Below are positions 48,278 to 59,100 of a stretch of DNA of 64,000 nt, in pieces. Origin of the DNA: Candidatus Marinacidobacterales bacterium (GTDB lineage Bacteria; Acidobacteriota; Vicinamibacteria; Marinacidobacterales; DATDRI01); the NCBI GenBank assembly GCA_965226495.1, contig OZ245365.1:4000001-4064000 (forward strand), read 5' to 3'. The first letter of the stretch is position 1. Each line of letters begins with the position of its first letter. Position numbers and translations under genes: made by a program. The notes beneath the pieces were generated by a model that was not told where the DNA came from, made no database searches, and saw only the letters and a list, made by a program, of their open reading frames with translations.

Positions 48278-48916
48278 TTAGCGCCGATCACGCTCTTCGG
48301 GATACTCGCACAGAATTACGCGCTCTTTGTTGGCGTGATACTCGTATGTCTCTTCTTCGACTTCCAGCGTGATCAGAAAGCCTTCGATCCGGTCTTTTTC
48401 ATAACTCTTCTCTGGTTCGGGACAACCGAGACTCGTATCGATCCAAGTCCTGGCACTGATAGACACGTCGATATCCGATTCGTCGATACCGAGTCGGGAG
48501 GCGAGGTCCTCTGTCGCGAGGCCAGCCAGCTTCGGTGCGTCTCGTAACCGGCGAGCCAGCTCATCCCCTTGCGCCTTCGGCATCGTTTTAACCACGTTGA
48601 GATCTGCGGTCTCACAGACCACCGCACCACTCGGTGCGACATGGACCTCGTGCAGCCTCGAGGAATCCTCGACTTCCTTTAGAAACACGCGGTAGCCACT
48701 CGTGATCGCCGGCAGGTAGGCCTCACCCGCTCGAGGACAACCGAGGCTGCTGTCTCTCCACTGACCGAGAAGAACTTGGTGCAGCTCGACCTCGCCCTCC
48801 CGAATGCCAACCTCGACGCCCAATGCCTCCTTGGCCAGCGCGACGGCTTCGTCCTCGGTAAGACCTTCGTCTTGTGGAACGCCAAGCAACGCCGTCAGCA
48901 AGATAAATTTGAGCAT
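48278..48916 (-). CDS. Secreted hypothetical protein with two WxD(S/T)SLGCP domains
   Basis: WRDSSLGCP..GYRV and WIDTSLGCP..GFLI. Confidence 0.7.
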   Translation of the reverse strand: MLKFILLTALLGVPQDEGLTEDEAVALAKEALGVEVGIREGEVELHQVLLGQWRDSSLGCPRAGEAYLPAITSGYRVFLKEVEDSSRLHEVHVAPSGAVVCETADLNVVKTMPKAQGDELARRLRDAPKLAGLATEDLASRLGIDESDIDVSISARTWIDTSLGCPEPEKSYEKDRIEGFLITLEVEEETYEYHANKERVILCEYPEERDRR

Positions 48917-49026
48917 CCTTAACGCCTTATCTCTGCCATTCGCCCAGGTGCCCATTGTAGCCCAGGCCTTGCACGACCCTCGCTGTTTCCACTACGCTTG
49001 CCAAGCACTGAGGGAAGGAGACAGCT

Positions 49027-49326
49027 ATGGGCGATGAATGGACTTACGCGCAGAGTGACCCAGCCGATCAACTAGCGAAACTTCACTACTTCTCGATGAA
49101 GAAAAGCCACGCAGACGGGGCTGTCGAGTTCTCGATTACCGTCAGGGAATACGTCCAGAATCCAGAGGACCATTCGATGCGTTTCTTCGCCCAGGCCGAC
49201 AAGGAGACGAATCAGAACACCCGCGTCATTCACGCCTAGCGGCTGGGGTAGTACTTTACTCAAAGCGCTTTCGGAGTGCGTTCGAGAGATTCACCGCTTC
49301 CCGTACGAGCCGCCCGAAGAAAGTTA
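49027..49326 (+). CDS. Hypothetical protein with a probable +1 indel near 49220
   Basis: Good RBS; removing one C from ACCCGCG gives ..NTASFTPSGWGSTLLKALSECVREIHRFPYEPPEES*. Confidence 0.55.
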
Positions 49327-49382
49327 GCGGTCGGTCGCCTCACTGCGCGTATCCCAGCGAGCGTAACTCTGCCTCGGCGAGG

Positions 49383-50798
49383 TCAGACGATGCTACTGCT
49401 ACAGGGCTCGGGCGATCGAGTGAGAATGTCGGCGAGAATACGGAGACCGCCGGCAAGACGACCTCTTTCACGGACCGAGCCGAGACAAACCCGCACCGCG
49501 TGCGGAAGCCGCTCTCGTCCCACGATAAAAGCGCTCGGCGGCGTTACCACCACCCGCTGTTTCAGAGCCTGCTGCGTGAAGTCTTCGGCTCGCCAGGGCT
49601 CCGGCAGGTTTAGCCAAATGTGATAGGCAAAAGGATGAGACTGAAATTGGACGCCGGCGAGAATATCGGCCGCGAGTTTCTGCCGAGCCGCCGCCTCCTT
49701 GCGTCTCTTCTCGAGTATCCGATCGGCGGTCCCGTTTTGGATCCACAGGGTCGCGACCTCGGCCGTCAGAGGGGAAGCCATCCAAGTCGTGAGCCAAAGT
49801 CCCGGAGTCAATCGTTCCACCAGGTTCTCCGGCGCGGCAAGATAAGAGATGCGCAGTCCCGGGGCGATGCTCTTCGAGATGCTAGCGATGTAGCAGGTGA
49901 TGTCCGAAGCGAAGTGCGCGATGGGCGGCACCGGCTTTGACGGAAGAAGCCCATGGATGTCGTCTTCGATGATCACCACTCCGTGTCTCCGAGCGATCGC
50001 AGCGACCTCCTTCCGACGCTCGACAGGCATCACGGTATTCGTCGGATTCTGAAGTGTGGGCACGCAGTAGAGAAACTTGGCACCCGTCGACTCGCACGCC
50101 GATTGGAAGGCCTCGGGTAACATCCCGTGCTCATCCATCGGGACACCGCGCAGCTTGAAGTGAAAGAGGTTCGCCAAGCCCTTCATCCCGGCGTAGGTCA
50201 GTGATTCGGTGAGGACAACGTCACCCGGTTTGGTGAGGGTCGAGAAGCAGACCGCCATCGCGTGCTGGGATCCAGAGCAAACCAGTACCTGCTTCGGATC
50301 GACCTCTAAGCCGACTCGTCCGATCCAGTCAGCGCCGGCAGCGCGATGATGGGCCGCGCCGGCATGAGGTTGATATTGAAGCAGCGCACCCACTCCGGGC
50401 CGGGAAGAAAGCGCCTCGAGCGCCAGTGCTAAGGCAACGTCCTCTTCGGTGCGACCAGCGGAAGGAGGCATATTCATGCTGAGGTCGATCGAGTCGGTGT
50501 CCGGCCACTCGGGAAGGTCGAGCTCTGCGCCCTGTTCCTCTTCATCCGCATCCGGCTCGAGAACGAACGTCCCTCGTCCGACCTCTCCGGTCACCAGACC
50601 GCGACGCTCGGCTTCCGCATAGGCGCGGCTCACCGTTCCTACCGTGACACCTAGTTCGCGAGCCAGGTCACGGTGAGTGGGCAACCGCGAGCCAGGCTCC
50701 AAAAGCCCTTGCCGAACGTCGGCCGCCAACGCATCGGCTATCCCCAGGTAGCGGGGGCCGGAACGCTCGCTCAGGTCGGGTGTCCACATTGTCATCAT
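49383..50798 (-). CDS. MocR/GabR-type GntR-family PLP-dependent regulator
   Basis: RLPTHRDLA..VTVGTVSRAY..GRGTFV plus aminotransferase domain (QNPT, SISKSIAPGLR). Confidence 0.92.
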   Translation of the reverse strand: MMTMWTPDLSERSGPRYLGIADALAADVRQGLLEPGSRLPTHRDLARELGVTVGTVSRAYAEAERRGLVTGEVGRGTFVLEPDADEEEQGAELDLPEWPDTDSIDLSMNMPPSAGRTEEDVALALALEALSSRPGVGALLQYQPHAGAAHHRAAGADWIGRVGLEVDPKQVLVCSGSQHAMAVCFSTLTKPGDVVLTESLTYAGMKGLANLFHFKLRGVPMDEHGMLPEAFQSACESTGAKFLYCVPTLQNPTNTVMPVERRKEVAAIARRHGVVIIEDDIHGLLPSKPVPPIAHFASDITCYIASISKSIAPGLRISYLAAPENLVERLTPGLWLTTWMASPLTAEVATLWIQNGTADRILEKRRKEAAARQKLAADILAGVQFQSHPFAYHIWLNLPEPWRAEDFTQQALKQRVVVTPPSAFIVGRERLPHAVRVCLGSVRERGRLAGGLRILADILTRSPEPCSSSIV

Positions 50799-50884
50799 GA
50801 CAAAGTATAGAATGATCGATTCGCTGGCGCAAGTTGACCCGATTTGTTATTAATAGTTAGGTATCAATAAGGCACATAAGTCCT

Positions 50885-50900
50885 ATTGTATGCATACAAT
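50885..50900. promoter_or_regulatory. Perfect 16-bp palindrome, probable MocR operator
   Basis: ATTGTATGCATACAAT; related TTGTCATCATGACAA at 50789-50803. Confidence 0.65.
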
Positions 50901-50936
50901 TAGACTGAATCTCTTGAATTCAAGGAGCTCTCAAAA

Positions 50937-52448
50937 ATGACACCGCGAAAACCGGCGTCGGCCTCGGGGTCGGGGCCAGCCGTTTCCCCAGCCATCGAAG
51001 AATCGCTGGATCCCCAAGATTGGTCCACACTGCGATCCCTGGGCCATCAAATGGTCGACGACATGCTCTCTTACTTGGAGACGGTGCGAGCGCGACCGGC
51101 ATGGCAATCGATGCCGGCGGAGGTCCGGGCGAGGTTCGAGACCCCTTTGCCGCGCGGGCCGGAAGAGCCGACCCAGGTGTACAAAGACTTCCAAGAGAAC
51201 GTACTCCCCTACCCCGTCGGCAACATCCATCCCCGATTCTGGGGCTGGGTCAACGGCACGGGGACTCCGTTGGGAATGCTCGCCGAGCTTCTCGCAGGAG
51301 GTATGAACGCCAATTGTGGGAGCTTCGATCAGGCCCCCACCCTCGTAGAGAGGCAAGTCATCGACTGGTCCAAGGAAATGCTCGGCTACCCTCGAGACGC
51401 GAGCGGATTGCTGGTCAGCGGAGCCTCGATGGCCAACTTCGTGGGGCTCGCGGTAGCCCGCAACACCAAGGCCGAAATCGACGTTCGCCGTAACGGGCTA
51501 CAGAACATTCCACGCAAGTTGACACTTTACTCTTCCGTGGAAACCCATTCGTCCGTGATCAAAGCGGTCGAGCTCCTCGGGCTTGGCAGCAATGCTCTCC
51601 GAAGGGTGCCGGCTCGAGATGATTTCACCGTCGACGTCGGAGCGCTTGCCGCCGCGATCGCGAAGGATCGCCAAGCGGGGCTGTTACCGATTTGCGTGAT
51701 CGGAAACGCCGGTACCATCAATACCGGCGCAATGGACGATCTCGAAACGTTGGCGAACCTTTGCGAGAAAGAAGACCTTTGGCTACATGTGGACGGTGCC
51801 TTCGGTGCCATGGCCGCTTTGTCACCGAACCTACGTGATCTCGTCAAGGGTATGGAGCGTGCCGACTCGCTGGCGTTCGACTTCCACAAATGGATGTTTG
51901 TGCCTTATGAAGTCGGCTGCGCATTAGTGAGGAGAGAGCCGGAGCACCGCGGAACCTTTTCTCTGATCCCGGACTACCTGGCCCCGGCTCAACGCGGAAC
52001 TTCGGCGGGCCCCACGCCGTTCAACGAATACGGTGTCGAGCTCTCGAGGGGCTTCAAGGCTCTGAAGGTATGGATGTCCTTGAAAGAACATGGAGTGGAC
52101 AAGTATGCGAGGCTCATCGAGCAGAACGTGGCGCAGGCGGGTTACCTCGCCAAGCGTGTCGAGGCCAGCTCGGATTTGGAGCTAATGGCCCCGGTGCCAC
52201 TCAATGTCGTCTGCTTCCGGTTCGTCCTACCGGGGATGGACGACCAGGCTCTGAACGCGTTGAATCAAGAGCTGTTGATTCGTTTGCAAGAGAGTGGCGT
52301 TGCGGTTCCCAACTCCACCAAGATTCATGGGAAGTACTGCCTGCGCGTTGCCATCACCAATCACCGGACACGCCGAGAGGACCTCGACATGACGGTGGGT
52401 AAGGTCATCGCTTTAGGCCGGGGCCTGTTGCAAGATAGGGAACCATGA
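50937..52448 (+). CDS. Group II PLP-dependent (aromatic-L-amino-acid-type) decarboxylase
   Basis: HPRFWGW, SGASMAN, HSSV, WLHVDGAFG, DFHKW. Confidence 0.9.
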   Translation: MTPRKPASASGSGPAVSPAIEESLDPQDWSTLRSLGHQMVDDMLSYLETVRARPAWQSMPAEVRARFETPLPRGPEEPTQVYKDFQENVLPYPVGNIHPRFWGWVNGTGTPLGMLAELLAGGMNANCGSFDQAPTLVERQVIDWSKEMLGYPRDASGLLVSGASMANFVGLAVARNTKAEIDVRRNGLQNIPRKLTLYSSVETHSSVIKAVELLGLGSNALRRVPARDDFTVDVGALAAAIAKDRQAGLLPICVIGNAGTINTGAMDDLETLANLCEKEDLWLHVDGAFGAMAALSPNLRDLVKGMERADSLAFDFHKWMFVPYEVGCALVRREPEHRGTFSLIPDYLAPAQRGTSAGPTPFNEYGVELSRGFKALKVWMSLKEHGVDKYARLIEQNVAQAGYLAKRVEASSDLELMAPVPLNVVCFRFVLPGMDDQALNALNQELLIRLQESGVAVPNSTKIHGKYCLRVAITNHRTRREDLDMTVGKVIALGRGLLQDREP

Positions 52449-53362
52449 TAAGACTTACCGGTCTTGCCGGGATCGCCATCATCTCGTTCTCGGCGATCTT
52501 TGTGCGCCTGGCCGAGGTCTCACCAACGACGGCTGCATTCTTCCGAGCCGCATACGCGATCCCTGCGTTGTTCTTGGTCTGGAGAGTGATCCACCACCGC
52601 GATCGGCGGGATTCGCGATCGCGGTGGCTGGCCTTCGTCAGCGGGACCTTCCTCGCGATTGACCTGAGCTTCTGGCACCAAGCCATCGCCTGGATCGGTG
52701 CCGGGCTTGGGACGGTATTGGGCAACACACAGGTGGTCTTCGTCGGGGTCGCGGCCTGGGTCCTTCACAAAGAACGTCCGAACCAGTTCGCGCTGATGAC
52801 GATTCCGTTCGTTTTCCTGGGAGTCGTCCTGATCTCGGGCTTAGGTGATCCCGGAGCGTACGGAACCAATCCCGTGGGTGGAGTGATCTACGGGATACTG
52901 ACCGGCCTTTTCTTTGGCGGGTTCATTTTGGTGTTCCGAGCGTCGAACAAAGGCTTGGCACCGGTTGCCGGTCCTCTTCTCGACGCGACGTGTGGCATGG
53001 CCGTCGGCACATTGGGGGCAAGCCTGTTCGACTCCGGTTTTTCCATCGTGCCCTCGTGGCCCGCCCACGGTTGGTTGCTCGCGATGGCGCTGGGCTCCCA
53101 AGTGATCGGTTGGCTCTTCATCTCCTATGCCTTGCCGCGTCTGCCAGCCCTCGAGACGTCGGTTCAACTCCTCGTGCAGCCGATGTTGACGATTCTCTGG
53201 GGAAGACTCATTTTCGATGAGTATCTCTCCACGCTGCAATGGATGGGAGCGTTACTGGTTCTCGGAGGAGTAGGGTTCTTGTCCATTCGGGGCACGGTCG
53301 AGAAGCAAGTTTCTGGACCCGTAGTGCCTCCGACGACTGTGGATGTCATCACCATCGAGTAA
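52445..53362 (+). CDS. EamA/DMT-family transporter
   Basis: About 10 TMs in two EamA repeats; ATGA overlap with the decarboxylase. Confidence 0.9.
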   Translation: MIRLTGLAGIAIISFSAIFVRLAEVSPTTAAFFRAAYAIPALFLVWRVIHHRDRRDSRSRWLAFVSGTFLAIDLSFWHQAIAWIGAGLGTVLGNTQVVFVGVAAWVLHKERPNQFALMTIPFVFLGVVLISGLGDPGAYGTNPVGGVIYGILTGLFFGGFILVFRASNKGLAPVAGPLLDATCGMAVGTLGASLFDSGFSIVPSWPAHGWLLAMALGSQVIGWLFISYALPRLPALETSVQLLVQPMLTILWGRLIFDEYLSTLQWMGALLVLGGVGFLSIRGTVEKQVSGPVVPPTTVDVITIE

Positions 53363-53435
53363 GGCTGTCTGACTCGGGCTGGTTGTGGCAACTCGCTCAA
53401 CTGACGGCCAGCAGAAAGACAGAAAGCGAGGTCCC

Positions 53436-54020
53436 ATGCATTGCCAGGAACTAGATACGCCGACGCTCCACCGGAAGGCCGACTTCCCCGATGCTTACAC
53501 GGGAATATCGACCCGGGACCTGTTGACAGTGTACAAGGCAGGTCCCACGAGACTCGGCGGAATTCTAGCCGGGTTGACAGACGATGAGCTCAAGCAAAAA
53601 CCGCAGGAACATAAATGGTCCATCCAGGAAATCGCGTTGCACCTTGCGGACGCGGAGATCATGGGTGCGGTCCGTTTGAGGCAGACCCTCGCCGAGCCCG
53701 GGGCTTCGTTTGCTCTTTATGACCAGGACGCGTGGACGGGCGAGCTCGGCTACCAGAGCCGCGACCGCAAAGCGCTAGAAAACGCGGTCCGGCTGTTCTC
53801 TGCCCTTCGCACCGCGAGTGCTCTTCTCTTGGAAACCGCTTGCGACCGGGACTGGACCAAGTGGGGCAACCATGCAGACTGGGGACCGCTCACTGTCCGG
53901 CAGCTCCTCGAGCTCTACGCCGACCACGGTGAGCGGCACGTCGAACAGATTGTTGACGCGCGGGCGTCGCTCGGGAAGCCGTTGGTGACTCCACGACTGT
54001 TGCCGCAGCGACTATACTAG
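53436..54020 (+). CDS. DinB_2/YfiT-like protein
   Basis: KWSIQEIALHLADAE, YDQDAW, DHGERHVEQI. Confidence 0.85.
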   Translation: MHCQELDTPTLHRKADFPDAYTGISTRDLLTVYKAGPTRLGGILAGLTDDELKQKPQEHKWSIQEIALHLADAEIMGAVRLRQTLAEPGASFALYDQDAWTGELGYQSRDRKALENAVRLFSALRTASALLLETACDRDWTKWGNHADWGPLTVRQLLELYADHGERHVEQIVDARASLGKPLVTPRLLPQRLY

Positions 54021-54025
54021 CGCCC

Positions 54026-54562
54026 ATGACAGACGCCGACTTCGGTGCCGCTTACCTGGCCAACGTCTCGACCGGCTTCGCGAAGATCAAACAGCTCGGC
54101 GAGAGGGCCATCGCCCAGTTGTCGGACGAAGCGCACTTCTACGCGCTCCTAGACGAGGAATCGAACAGCATCGCGGTTCTCATCCGACACCTCCGCGGCA
54201 ACATGCTTTCTCGTTGGACGGATTTTCTAACCACCGACGGTGAGAAAGAGACCCGCAATCGGGACACCGAGTTCGTTCAAGACGTCGAAGCAACGCCCGA
54301 CGAGTTGGTCGCGGTTTGGAACGAAGGATGGGATCGCCTCTTCGGAACGATCTCTTCCCTCACTCCGGCAGATCTCCAGAAGTCCGTTACGATTCGTGGC
54401 GTCGAGCACACCGTGATGGAAGCGATCCAAAGTCAGCTAGCACACTATGCGTCGCACGTGGGCCAAATCGTCTTTCTAGCAAAGCACCTCGGATCGAAGG
54501 AGTGGGAATCCCTCTCCATCCCGAGGGGACAGTCCCAGAAGTTTTTCCGCCCGAAGAACTAG
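54026..54562 (+). CDS. DUF1572 (DinB superfamily) protein
   Basis: SNSIAVLIRHLRGNMLSRWTDFLTTDGEK, HYASHVGQI. Confidence 0.9.
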   Translation: MTDADFGAAYLANVSTGFAKIKQLGERAIAQLSDEAHFYALLDEESNSIAVLIRHLRGNMLSRWTDFLTTDGEKETRNRDTEFVQDVEATPDELVAVWNEGWDRLFGTISSLTPADLQKSVTIRGVEHTVMEAIQSQLAHYASHVGQIVFLAKHLGSKEWESLSIPRGQSQKFFRPKN

Positions 54563-55218
54563 GCTGCCTGCGCGGCCTGTTTCGTTCCTTTCCCCGCCAG
54601 CGCGACCGCAACGCCGCCAAAGAGATTCCCGACCAGCACAGTGAACGCGATCCAAAACGTCATCTGCGGAAGGACCCCCACCATAATCCATTCGACAAAC
54701 GGTGCCATCGCGGGTGCACCCGGTGCCTGCGCGTCGTAGTGTGTTCCCCAACGGCCAAGAATGGCAAAGAGCATCAAGATTACAACCGGGATGCGCGCCG
54801 CAAAGGCGTAGCCCACCAGCGTCTTGAACAACTCCGGCCAGCCCTTACTCAAAACGAATAGTGCCAGCACGGAACCGATAGCGCCACCGACAAGCGGTAG
54901 TACGGGCGAGCTGCCAATCGCGCTGGCTCCGGCGAACCCTATTGCGATAACGACCATCGCCAACAGAGAAAACCCTGCCACCTTCCAGCCATTTGCTGGC
55001 CCGCGCCCGGCTTTGGCAAGCTTCAAAGCGAAATACACGCCGAAAATAATGGGAAGCCAGGAGATACCTACGATCGCCCCACCACCTCCCGCTTCGCGGC
55101 TGAACAAGACCGGCGCCCAGTTGTTGAGCTCACCCACCAGTCGAAGGATTGTAACCCCCAGCGTGATGACTGCGGGAATGAAAATAAGTTGTCGAATATT
55201 AAGGTCTGACGACGCCAT
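54559..55218 (-). CDS. Hypothetical membrane protein
   Basis: About 6 TMs; GGAGG RBS; WGTHYD motif. Confidence 0.75.
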   Translation of the reverse strand: MASSDLNIRQLIFIPAVITLGVTILRLVGELNNWAPVLFSREAGGGGAIVGISWLPIIFGVYFALKLAKAGRGPANGWKVAGFSLLAMVVIAIGFAGASAIGSSPVLPLVGGAIGSVLALFVLSKGWPELFKTLVGYAFAARIPVVILMLFAILGRWGTHYDAQAPGAPAMAPFVEWIMVGVLPQMTFWIAFTVLVGNLFGGVAVALAGKGTKQAAQAA

Positions 55219-55248
55219 TGGAACCTCCCTTTAGAAAGACGCGGTAGT

Positions 55249-57100
55249 TTAAGCCCAGGATTGCCTCGCCACAACCGACGTGAACAACGCCACGCCGGCC
55301 AAATCCGTGGGCCATCCTGGGAACATCAGGAGCAACGCTCCCGCCAGCAGCGCGCCGCGAGCGACCGCGCCGGTCGGCCGGAACAAATAGCCTTCCATGC
55401 CGGCGGCCAGCGAGATCACTCCGACAATTGCAGTCGCCAAAGCGAGGAGCAGCCCGGGCACCGTGAAGTCGTGCAAGAGCAGTACCGGCGAGAATATGAA
55501 GATATACGGAACGACAAAGCCCGCGGTCGCCAGTTTCACCGATTGGATCCCGGTTGCCAGGGGCTTGGCTCCCGCAATGCCGGCCGCGGCATAGACCGCC
55601 AGCATCACCGGCGGCGTGAGATCGGCCAGCGTCCCGAAGTACATGACGAAAAGGTGGGCCGCCAAAGGCTGTACACCGAGCTCGAGGAGAACCGGCGCCG
55701 CCATCGTGACACAGATGATGTAGGTCGGGATGGTAGGGAGCCCGAAGCCGAGCACGATGGAAGCCAGCATCGTGAGCACCGCGGCGGCTAGAACCGAACC
55801 GCCCGAAAGCGCTAGGATGGCTCCGGAAAGCTTGAGTCCGAGCCCTGTCTGCGTCACCACACCCACGATGATCCCGACTACCGCACAAGCAGTGGCAACG
55901 GGCACGGTGTTCCGCACCCCCCTCTCGAGGCCACTCGCGAGATCCGAAACGGCCACTCCGCGGCGATGGAAGGCCTCGTCTACACCTTGCCTCATGTCCA
56001 GCGAGGCCCGAGCCGCGCTCACCGCAATCGCGAACAGAATCGAGTAAACCGCGGCATACGTCGGCGTGTAGCCGGCAAACAGGAAGTAGATCAGGACCGC
56101 CACCGGCAGCAACAAGTAACCGCGACGAAAAAGAAGTGGAAAAAGCCGCGGGAGCTCTTCCTTGGAGAGACCACGATGTCCCTCGCGGGAGGCGCGAAAG
56201 TGAATCATCGCCCCAGCTGCAAAGAAGTATAGAAATGCAGGAATGATGGCTGCCGTCGCGACGCGCATGTATGGAACCGCCAGCATGTCCGCCATGATGA
56301 AGGCCGCTACTCCCATGATGGGCGGCATCAACTGCCCTCCCATCGACGCCGTCGATTCCACCGCCGCAGCGTATGCGGCGGAGAACCCGCTACGCTTCAT
56401 CAAAGGAATCGTGAAACTTCCGACCGTCACCACATTAGCGATGGCGCTTCCGTTTATCGTGCCGAGTAAGGCGCTCGAAACGACCGATACCTTCGCCACA
56501 CCCCCACGAGTCCTCCCTGCCAACGCTAATGCGGTCTCGTTGAAGAAGTCCATGAGACCGGTCTTTTCGAGGAAGGCGCCGAAGAGAATGAAGAGAACGA
56601 TGTAGGTGGAGGAGACACCTAGCGCGACGCCGAAGATACCCTCGGTTGTGAGGCTGGTGTACTCCAAGATTTCGGAGAGCGAGTAACCACGATGGCCGAA
56701 GCGACCGGGGATGTAGTTACCCAGATACGTATACATTAGAAATCCCACCGAAAGAATCGAAAGTGTGGGACCTAAGACTCGACGGCTCGCTTCCAGCACC
56801 AACAACAAGACGCCTGCCGCCGCGACGAGATCCCACCCGCTGGGCAGGCCTGGCCTCAAAGCGATGGATTTGTAGGCGACAAAAAAGTACGCGCCTAACA
56901 CCAAGGAGAGAGCAGCGAGCCCATCGGAAACGTAGCGCGTTTTTCCCTCGGATTTCGACGAGATGAGGAAGGCCAGGGCCAACATGCCGGCGAGATGCAC
57001 CGAACGATGCTGATACGCGACCAGCTCGCCGAAACGAGCGGAGTAGAGATGAAAGAGACCAAGTGCGATCGCTAGCGCCGAAACCATGAGTGGCCGCACG
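55249..57100 (-). CDS. TAXI-TRAP fused 4TM/12TM permease
   Basis: GSAIANV, STASMGGQLMPPIMG, ADLTPPV; start uncertain (57088-57100). Confidence 0.9.
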
Positions 57101-57103
57101 CGG

Positions 57104-58102
57104 TCACGGGCGGGGCTTTGTCGTTTCGCCCCCGGCTGCATTTGTCTCTTGCTCCTGGAAAAAGCGTTCCGCACCTGGATGGAGCGGGATTGTAACATCC
57201 CGCCAGCGCTCGAGAGACAATCGCGTGGCCGCTTGGTGGGTTGTCTCGAGCTCGCCGCGCTTCTCGAAGAGAAGTCTCGTCAGTTCGTAGACCAGCTCTT
57301 CCTCCAAGCCCTCTCGGCAAATCAGAAGGTTGGTAACACCCATCGTGGGTAGATCGGCCGGGATCGACTTGTACGTTCCCCCGGGCAGTACGGTCGGAAA
57401 GTAGTTGGGATCAAGAGTCTGAATCGCCTTGGCTCGATCCGCCTCGATGGGAATGAGCTTGACTCCGACCGAGGCATCCAGGTCCATGATCGCGCTAACC
57501 GGATAGCTGGCATTGATGAATCCGGCATCGATGGTTTGGTTCTTTAGCTGTTGAACGATCTCCGAGAACGAAAGGTAGTCGGCCTTGATATCGGAATATT
57601 CGAGTCCGTGCCCCTCGAGCACCCGCCGAGCGTTGAACTCGGTTCCACTACCCGGAGCACCCACTCCGACTCGCTTGCCGCGTAGGTCGAACACGGTATC
57701 AATGGCAGAGTTCCGATACGTTACCAACTGCACCACGTTGTCGTAGAAGGGCACCATCGCCCGGATGCGTCGATAGGGCTCGGGGTCGACATCCGTCCCC
57801 CGGTTGTAAGCCTGGTAGGCCACGTCGGCCATTGTGAAACCGATGTCGGCTTGACCGCGTTGCACGGCACCACAGTTGAAGAGCGATCCCGCGGTGGATT
57901 GTGCGGAGGTATTGATTCCCGGAAGGTTTTCCGTATAGATGCGGGCCATCGTCCCACCTAGGGGAAAATAGATCCCCCCGGTTCCACCCGTGGCTATGGT
58001 GAGATGTCGCCTCGGCCCGTCACCAGTGCATGCGACAGTCTGGGCCGACAATAAGGCGCAAAGAACGATGGCTCTGTTCACACGGCCGCTATCGTTCCCC
58101 AT
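57104..58102 (-). CDS. TAXI-family TRAP solute-binding lipoprotein
   Basis: [32 protein letters not shown]. Confidence 0.92.
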   Translation of the reverse strand: MGNDSGRVNRAIVLCALLSAQTVACTGDGPRRHLTIATGGTGGIYFPLGGTMARIYTENLPGINTSAQSTAGSLFNCGAVQRGQADIGFTMADVAYQAYNRGTDVDPEPYRRIRAMVPFYDNVVQLVTYRNSAIDTVFDLRGKRVGVGAPGSGTEFNARRVLEGHGLEYSDIKADYLSFSEIVQQLKNQTIDAGFINASYPVSAIMDLDASVGVKLIPIEADRAKAIQTLDPNYFPTVLPGGTYKSIPADLPTMGVTNLLICREGLEEELVYELTRLLFEKRGELETTHQAATRLSLERWRDVTIPLHPGAERFFQEQETNAAGGETTKPRP

Positions 58103-58174
58103 GCCGCAACGTGTGTCAACGCAGGGACACCTGGATTGTCATATGCTGCAATCAGCAAGACGGAGGGTTCGACA

Positions 58175-58870
58175 ATGATCACAGTGCGACCCGCTGGCCA
58201 ACGCGGGCACGCCAACTACGGCTGGCTCGATACCCATCACACGTTCTCGTTTAGCACGTACTACGACCCAGAGAACATGGGCTTCCGCTCTCTACGAGTC
58301 ATCAACGAGGACAAGGTCTCCCCCGGTCAAGGCTTCGGGACACACGGCCACCAAGACATGGAGATCATCTCTTACGTCCTCGAAGGTGCGCTCGAGCACA
58401 AGGACAGTATGGGAACCGGCTCCGTGTTGCGAGCCGGTGATGTGCAAAGGATGACCGCGGGTACCGGAATCACTCACAGTGAGTTCAACCACTCTCCAAC
58501 CGATCCGCTGCATTTCCTACAGATCTGGATCCTTCCCGAGAGGCCGGGTCTCGAGCCCGGCTACGAAGAAAAAACGATTTCCACGGGTGAGAAGCAAGGC
58601 CAGCTCCGTCTCCTCGCATCTCCAGATGGACGCGAAGACTCTTTGCGCATTCACCAGGATGTGCGTGTGTACGCTTCGATTCTGAGTGACGGGGACTCAC
58701 TCGAACACTCACTCGAGACCGGCCGCCACGCCTGGTTACAGGTGGCGAGGGGATGGCTGAAGCTCAACGGGAAGACGCTCGGCCAGGGCGATGGCGCGGC
58801 CATCAACGAAGAGACGGCGCTTCAGCTGGAAGGCGGCGGAGCAGAAGTTCTACTCTTCGATCTTTCGTAG
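58175..58870 (+). CDS. Pirin-family protein (YhhW-like)
   Basis: [36 protein letters not shown]. Confidence 0.93.
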   Translation: MITVRPAGQRGHANYGWLDTHHTFSFSTYYDPENMGFRSLRVINEDKVSPGQGFGTHGHQDMEIISYVLEGALEHKDSMGTGSVLRAGDVQRMTAGTGITHSEFNHSPTDPLHFLQIWILPERPGLEPGYEEKTISTGEKQGQLRLLASPDGREDSLRIHQDVRVYASILSDGDSLEHSLETGRHAWLQVARGWLKLNGKTLGQGDGAAINEETALQLEGGGAEVLLFDLS

Positions 58871-59100
58871 CCCACGAGAGACTGAAAAAAATCAAAGAAA
58901 TACTTGACAAGTTCTGGGAGGCAATTTCGACAATCAATGGGTGAGTAGCACAAACACCCTCTTGCAGCACACACACGCCCTCCAACGACTTCCATTCAAG
59001 AGTTTTGCTTCTTCTCCGTTTCAATCCTTTGCTCCCGTCTGGCGGTGACTGACGCGCCAGAAAAACCTGTTGCTATATTGTGAGAAGAGGGGGCACCGTT

